Of a stretch of 28,508 bases of DNA, positions 24,222 through 28,508 are shown piece after piece. This DNA is from an uncultured Candidatus Saccharimonas sp. (GTDB taxonomy: Bacteria > Patescibacteriota > Saccharimonadia > Saccharimonadales > Saccharimonadaceae), in assembly GCA_964498955.1 (NCBI GenBank), contig CAZCIE010000002.1, positions 1 through 28,508 of the forward strand, in the 5' to 3' direction. Every line of letters begins with the position of its first letter. Within the stretch, counting starts at the first letter, position 1. Position numbers and translations under genes: made by a program. The notes below the pieces were generated by a model. That model was not told where the DNA came from. It did not search any database and worked only from the letters and a program-made list of their open reading frames with translations.

Positions 24222-27200
24222 ATGGGAGTAAAATTAAAGCCATCTGATTTTGTGCATTTGCATAATCATACACATCATAGTCTGTTAGATGGCTTGACAA
24301 AGATACCCGATCTTATTGGTAAGGTTAAAGAAATGGGCATGGGTGCTGTTGCAATAACTGATCATGGGACAATGTCAGGCGCGATTGAGTTTTATAAAGC
24401 AGCAACTGATCTAGAGATAAAACCGATAATCGGTCTTGAGGCTTACGTTGCGTCCAGAACGCGTCATGATCGTGACCCCGCCAAGGATAAATTGCGCTAT
24501 CATCTGACAATTTTAGCCATGAATAATAAGGGCTATCAGAACTTAATGCAATTAAGCACGATTGCCAACCTGGAAGGTGTTTATTATAAGCCAAGGATTG
24601 ATCATGAATTAATTGAAAAATATAATGAAGGTTTAATAGTGCTTTCCGGTTGTTCGGGTGGCGAACTTGGACGGAATATTCAAGATGATAATTATGATGA
24701 AGCAAAACGAATAGCTGGTTGGTATAAATCAATTTTTGGTGATCGATATTATTTAGAAATGCAAGACCATGGCCACCCAGATCATCCGACACATTGGGCA
24801 GTTCAGGAAAAGGTGAACAAAGGGCTAGCCAAGATATCCAAAGAGCTTGATATCCCATTAATTGTTAGTAATGATGCTCATTATCTGTTAAAGGAAGACC
24901 AAGATGCCCATGAAATTTTATTATGTGTTGGGACGGGTGCTTTTTTAAGTGATGAAAATAGAATGTCATTCAAGGATCTTCAGCTTTATGTTACTGACCC
25001 AATAGATTTAATTAAACGATGGGGTAAAGATTACCCAGAAGCTATATCAAACACCAAATTAATTGCTGACAGGTGTAATGTCGACTTAAAATTAGGTGAC
25101 ATTTTAATTCCACGTTTTCCAACTCCTGACGACGAGACTGAAAAATCATATTTAGAAAAATTAGTTTTTCAAGGCTTGGTATGGCGCTATGGTGATATGG
25201 AACGTAACGAAGTGGGTGATTTATCTATCAAGGAAGCCAGAAAGCATTTGCCCGAAGAGGTTTTAGAACGAGCTGACTATGAGCTTAGTGTTGTTGATGG
25301 TATGGATTTTAACGGATATTTTTTGTTGGTTCAAGATTTTATTAATTGGGGAAAGGACAATGGTATAATCTTTGGGCCTGGACGAGGTAGCGGCGCTGGG
25401 TCAATTTTGGCCTATGGCTTAAGGATTACCGAACTTGATCCATTGCAATATAATTTACTATTTGAGCGGTTTTTAAACCCTGATCGAATTAGTATGCCAG
25501 ATTTTGATATTGACATTCAGGATACTCGGCGTGATGAAGTTATTGCACATTGTACTGAAAAATATGGTGCCAATAGGGTTGCTAATATCGTGACTTTTGG
25601 AAGGATGGCAGCAAGAGCGGCTGTGCGTGATGTTGCAAGGGTCTTGCAGGTCCCATATGCCGAAGCTGATCGTTGGTCAAAAATGGTTCCACCACCTCAG
25701 CAGGGTCGTCATATTCCGCTGCAAAAGAGCGTCGAAGACGATGCTGATTTAAGAAACGAATATCAAACAAACCCGGTTGCAAAAAAGGTGTTCGATTTTG
25801 CGTTCAGACTAGAAGGCACAATTCGTTCACATGGTGTTCACGCTGCAGGTGTAGTGATTGCACCTGATGATATTGTAAAATTTATTCCACTTGAAATGGC
25901 TCAAAAAGGCGTCGTTTCGACTCAATACCCAATGGGACCTGTTGAAGAATTAGGGCTGCTAAAAATGGACTTTTTGGGACTTTCAAATCTTACGACTATT
26001 AATAATGCTTTGCGAATTATAAAAAAAGTAAATAAAGTAAAGATTAATCTGGACGATTTGGATTTGGATGATGCTGAATCATATAAATTAATGCAGCGTG
26101 GCGACACAACAGGCGTTTTTCAGATTGAATCAGCTGGCATGAAACGATATTTGCGCGAGCTTAAACCAACAGAATTTGATGATATTATTGCAATGGTTGC
26201 TCTTTATCGTCCTGGCCCTATGCAGTTCATTGATAGTTTTATTAAACGAAAACATGGCCTTGAAGAAATTACATATTTACATCCAAAATTTGAAAATGCG
26301 CTAAAAGGCACCTACGGCATACTAGTTTATCAAGAGCAATTTATGCAAATATCCAAAGATTTTGCTGGCTTTACTGGTGGCCAAGCCGACACGCTTCGTA
26401 AAGCTGTCGGAAAGAAAAAGATTGATTTAATGCGCAAAGTTAAGGTTGATTTTGTGGAAGGTGCAGTAAAACATAGCGGTGCAGATCCAAAGCTAGCCGA
26501 AAAATTTTGGGCACAGTTGGAAGAGTTTGCAAATTACTGTTTTAATAAATCTCACGCCGCTTGCTATGCTTTAATATCTTATTGGACAGCATATTTGAAG
26601 GCTCATTATCCAGAGGCCTTTATGGCGGCATTGATGACAAGTGATCAAGATGATATTGATAGGTTAGCGATTGAAATAAATGAGTGCAAACATATGGGGA
26701 TAACAGTGTTACCGCCAGATATTAATGAAGGCTTCATTGAATTTGCAGTAGTGCCTGGTAAAAAACAGGTTAGATTTGGGATGGCAGCTGTAAAGGGGGT
26801 TGGAGTTGGTGCTGTCGATGAGATTCTTCGTGCTCGCGCTGATGGAAAGTTTACATCTATCGAAGATTTTGCAAAACGAGTGTCGACATCAAAGTTTAAT
26901 AAAAAAGCTTGGGAATCGTTAATTAAATCTGGCGGGTTTGATAGTTTAGGTGATAGGTCTGATTTATTATTCAATCTTGAGACCATTCAAGCGTTTGCTA
27001 GTAAATTACAAAAAGAAGCACTAAGTGGTCAAACTGATTTGTTTGGAGATATGGGTGACATCGCTAACGTCCAGCCTACATTAGCTTTGCAAAAATCTCC
27101 AACTAAATATACTGATCGAGAGCGCTTGTCTTGGGAGCGAGAATTAATGGGATTGTATATTAGCGCGCATCCATTAGATAATTACGATAAATATTTCGAA

Positions 27201-27866
27201 GAGCAAACGATTCCATTGTCACATTTGTCTCCGGACATTGATGGCAAAAAGGCCACAATTGGTGGTTTAATTTCCAAAGTCCGAACAATTGTTACAAAAA
27301 GTGGGTCCAAGATGGCATTTGTTGGTATCGAGGACAAAACTGGTGAGTCAGAAATAGTCGTTTTCCCAAACTTGTTTGAACAATATGGGGCAAAGTTGGT
27401 CCAAGATGCAGTAATTAAAGTAACAGGCAAAATCAGTGCTAGGGACCGCGATGGCAATGTCGGCACCGAGGCAAAAATGATTGCCGATGACATTCAGTTC
27501 ATTTCTGATCAGGAATTAAATGATTATCAATCAACTGGTCGCAAAATGGACAAACCAAAGACAAACAGCAAGATTACTGCGACCCGTGTAAAGAACGCAA
27601 AAACAACCTCAGTACCAAACAGGAAACCAGTAGAAAATGAAAAATTAGAACAGCTTTTCATTCATATTAGTGATCCAGACGACCATCAGTCATTATTGTC
27701 ACTAAAACAAATTTGTGGCGATTTTGCTGGTCCATCAGATGTGATATTAGTTTTAGGATCTGACAAAAAATCAGCTGTAAAGTTACCTTTCAAGGTTAAC
27801 ATTAGTAAAAGTTTGACTGATTTATTGGCAAAGACCTTGGGCAAAGAAAGTGTTGTTGTTAAGTAG
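24222..27866 (+). CDS. dnaE: DNA polymerase III alpha subunit
   Basis: PHP domain (HLHNHT..SLLDG, TDHG, NDAHY), GPGRGSGAGS, PDFDID, KMDFLGL, YCFNKSHA, HhH and OB fold. Confidence 0.99.
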   Translation: MGVKLKPSDFVHLHNHTHHSLLDGLTKIPDLIGKVKEMGMGAVAITDHGTMSGAIEFYKAATDLEIKPIIGLEAYVASRTRHDRDPAKDKLRYHLTILAMNNKGYQNLMQLSTIANLEGVYYKPRIDHELIEKYNEGLIVLSGCSGGELGRNIQDDNYDEAKRIAGWYKSIFGDRYYLEMQDHGHPDHPTHWAVQEKVNKGLAKISKELDIPLIVSNDAHYLLKEDQDAHEILLCVGTGAFLSDENRMSFKDLQLYVTDPIDLIKRWGKDYPEAISNTKLIADRCNVDLKLGDILIPRFPTPDDETEKSYLEKLVFQGLVWRYGDMERNEVGDLSIKEARKHLPEEVLERADYELSVVDGMDFNGYFLLVQDFINWGKDNGIIFGPGRGSGAGSILAYGLRITELDPLQYNLLFERFLNPDRISMPDFDIDIQDTRRDEVIAHCTEKYGANRVANIVTFGRMAARAAVRDVARVLQVPYAEADRWSKMVPPPQQGRHIPLQKSVEDDADLRNEYQTNPVAKKVFDFAFRLEGTIRSHGVHAAGVVIAPDDIVKFIPLEMAQKGVVSTQYPMGPVEELGLLKMDFLGLSNLTTINNALRIIKKVNKVKINLDDLDLDDAESYKLMQRGDTTGVFQIESAGMKRYLRELKPTEFDDIIAMVALYRPGPMQFIDSFIKRKHGLEEITYLHPKFENALKGTYGILVYQEQFMQISKDFAGFTGGQADTLRKAVGKKKIDLMRKVKVDFVEGAVKHSGADPKLAEKFWAQLEEFANYCFNKSHAACYALISYWTAYLKAHYPEAFMAALMTSDQDDIDRLAIEINECKHMGITVLPPDINEGFIEFAVVPGKKQVRFGMAAVKGVGVGAVDEILRARADGKFTSIEDFAKRVSTSKFNKKAWESLIKSGGFDSLGDRSDLLFNLETIQAFASKLQKEALSGQTDLFGDMGDIANVQPTLALQKSPTKYTDRERLSWERELMGLYISAHPLDNYDKYFEEQTIPLSHLSPDIDGKKATIGGLISKVRTIVTKSGSKMAFVGIEDKTGESEIVVFPNLFEQYGAKLVQDAVIKVTGKISARDRDGNVGTEAKMIADDIQFISDQELNDYQSTGRKMDKPKTNSKITATRVKNAKTTSVPNRKPVENEKLEQLFIHISDPDDHQSLLSLKQICGDFAGPSDVILVLGSDKKSAVKLPFKVNISKSLTDLLAKTLGKESVVVK

Positions 27867-28344
27867 TCAGTTGAAAAAGCGCAATTCCTGCGGCCACGCT
27901 AACATTAAAAGATTCCTTTTTGCCAACCATTGGTATTTCGATAATGTCGTCACATTGATCAATTAAATCCTGGGTTATACCATGGACTTCCTCTCCTAAT
28001 AATAAGGCGATTTTTTGCGGAGCTTTGTAGTCCTTCAGATTAATACTTTTGTCATTTTGTTCTAGTGCTACAATTTTGTAGCCTTTACTCTTTAAAAACG
28101 CTAGATCTGGTGTGTCCATATGTTCAAATGGGACCATTAATTCGGCACCAAGCGCGGTTTTATGAATCTGGTTGGTTAGTTTTTCGCGTATGTGTGGCAG
28201 CCGGGCGTCATTTGGAACTGTTGGGTATGGGCTATAGCCGCTAATAATCAATTTTTCAATCCCAAACCCCTCGCAAGTACGAAAAATAGACCCAATATTG
28301 TGTGTGGATCGAATGTTATGGGCTATGACAATTATTTCTTTCAT
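27859..28344 (-). CDS. SpoU/TrmH-family RNA 2'-O-methyltransferase (no N-terminal substrate-binding domain)
   Basis: IRSTHNIGSIFRT, LLLGEEVHG and IPMVGKKESFNVSVAAGI SPOUT motifs. Confidence 0.93.
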   Translation of the reverse strand: MKEIIVIAHNIRSTHNIGSIFRTCEGFGIEKLIISGYSPYPTVPNDARLPHIREKLTNQIHKTALGAELMVPFEHMDTPDLAFLKSKGYKIVALEQNDKSINLKDYKAPQKIALLLGEEVHGITQDLIDQCDDIIEIPMVGKKESFNVSVAAGIALFQLTT

Positions 28345-28351
28345 TATATAT

Positions 28352-28360
28352 ATTATAGCA
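28352..28360 (-). promoter_or_regulatory. Extended -10 promoter for the SpoU gene (probably leaderless)
   Basis: TGCTATAAT followed by 7 nt and then ATG on the minus strand. Confidence 0.7.
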
Positions 28361-28367
28361 CATAGTA

Positions 28368-28396
28368 TTGACTAAATAAAGGAAGTATGCTATAAT
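28368..28396 (+). promoter_or_regulatory. Near-consensus sigma70 promoter
   Basis: TTGACT (28368-28373), 17 nt, TATAAT (28391-28396) with TG extension. Confidence 0.7.
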
Positions 28397-28438
28397 CAAA
28401 ATGTAGGGCCAAAAATCTATTTGAATGGAGGTGAGAAC

Positions 28439-28508
28439 ATGTATAACACAGACTTAGTATCTGGGTCGTTTTCAAAAACGGCTCAAAACCCGGAAGGCGC
28501 TCTCTATT
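28439..28508 (+). CDS. 5' fragment of a gene running off the window (MYNTDLVSGSFSKTAQNPEGALY...)
   Basis: GGAGGTG SD (28427-28433), ATG 28439, open to the window end, downstream of a strong promoter. Confidence 0.5.
   Translation, partial: MYNTDLVSGSFSKTAQNPEGALY

Noticed and set aside
1454-27493. About 40 short (60-180 aa) antisense or alternate-frame ORFs in the track, e.g. 24325-24858(-), 12702-13073(-), 15305-15676(+)
   Set aside because: All are nested in well-supported genes and have no recognisable motifs or initiation signals. They are typical shadow ORFs.
24222-27866. Intein or intron in dnaE
   Set aside because: Length (1214 aa) and motif spacing are near normal, with no Cys/Ser...His-Asn splice motifs or LAGLIDADG block. 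Only short insertions are present.
28401-28406. ATG-TAG start-stop element just after the last promoter
   Set aside because: Only 4 nt from the -10 box, so probably at or upstream of the TSS. Likely chance.
1-28508. CRISPR arrays, tRNA/rRNA genes, IS elements, prophage genes
   Set aside because: No regularly spaced repeats, cloverleaf/TTC-loop signatures, transposase or integrase motifs, or phage-like ORFs were seen. Coding density leaves room only in 17119-17463.

Overview
AT-rich, gene-dense (mostly + strand) bacterial core-genome window. Gene content and compact architecture suggest a CPR/Patescibacteria organism, most like Saccharibacteria; this is inferred from gene style, not from a search. 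Contents in order: MIP channel (-), small membrane protein, pheST, FKBP-trxB-ppa, a C-terminally truncated Rel (-), a sugar-phosphate operon (rpiB-rpe-split transketolase-class II fba-PfkB kinase-hypothetical-SLOG/LOG protein-surface protein), uvrB, a ~300-nt structured leader and DEAD-box helicase, gatC-gatA-[TM-HEPN-like gene]-gatB-galU, three small membrane/stress genes, dnaE, a SpoU methyltransferase (-) and the start of one more gene. I saw no mobile elements, CRISPR arrays, rRNA or tRNA genes. The most notable observations are: (1) a membrane-anchored protein with a HEPN-type RxxxxH motif stop/start-coupled inside gatCAB; (2) a long multi-branch RNA structure with a cUACGg tetraloop upstream of the DEAD-box helicase; (3) a SLOG protein attached to a transaldolase-less pentose-phosphate operon, suggesting nucleotide-ribose catabolism; (4) a TrxB lacking the HRR NADPH motif; (5) six genes whose -10 box lies 6-8 nt before ATG, indicating leaderless mRNAs.
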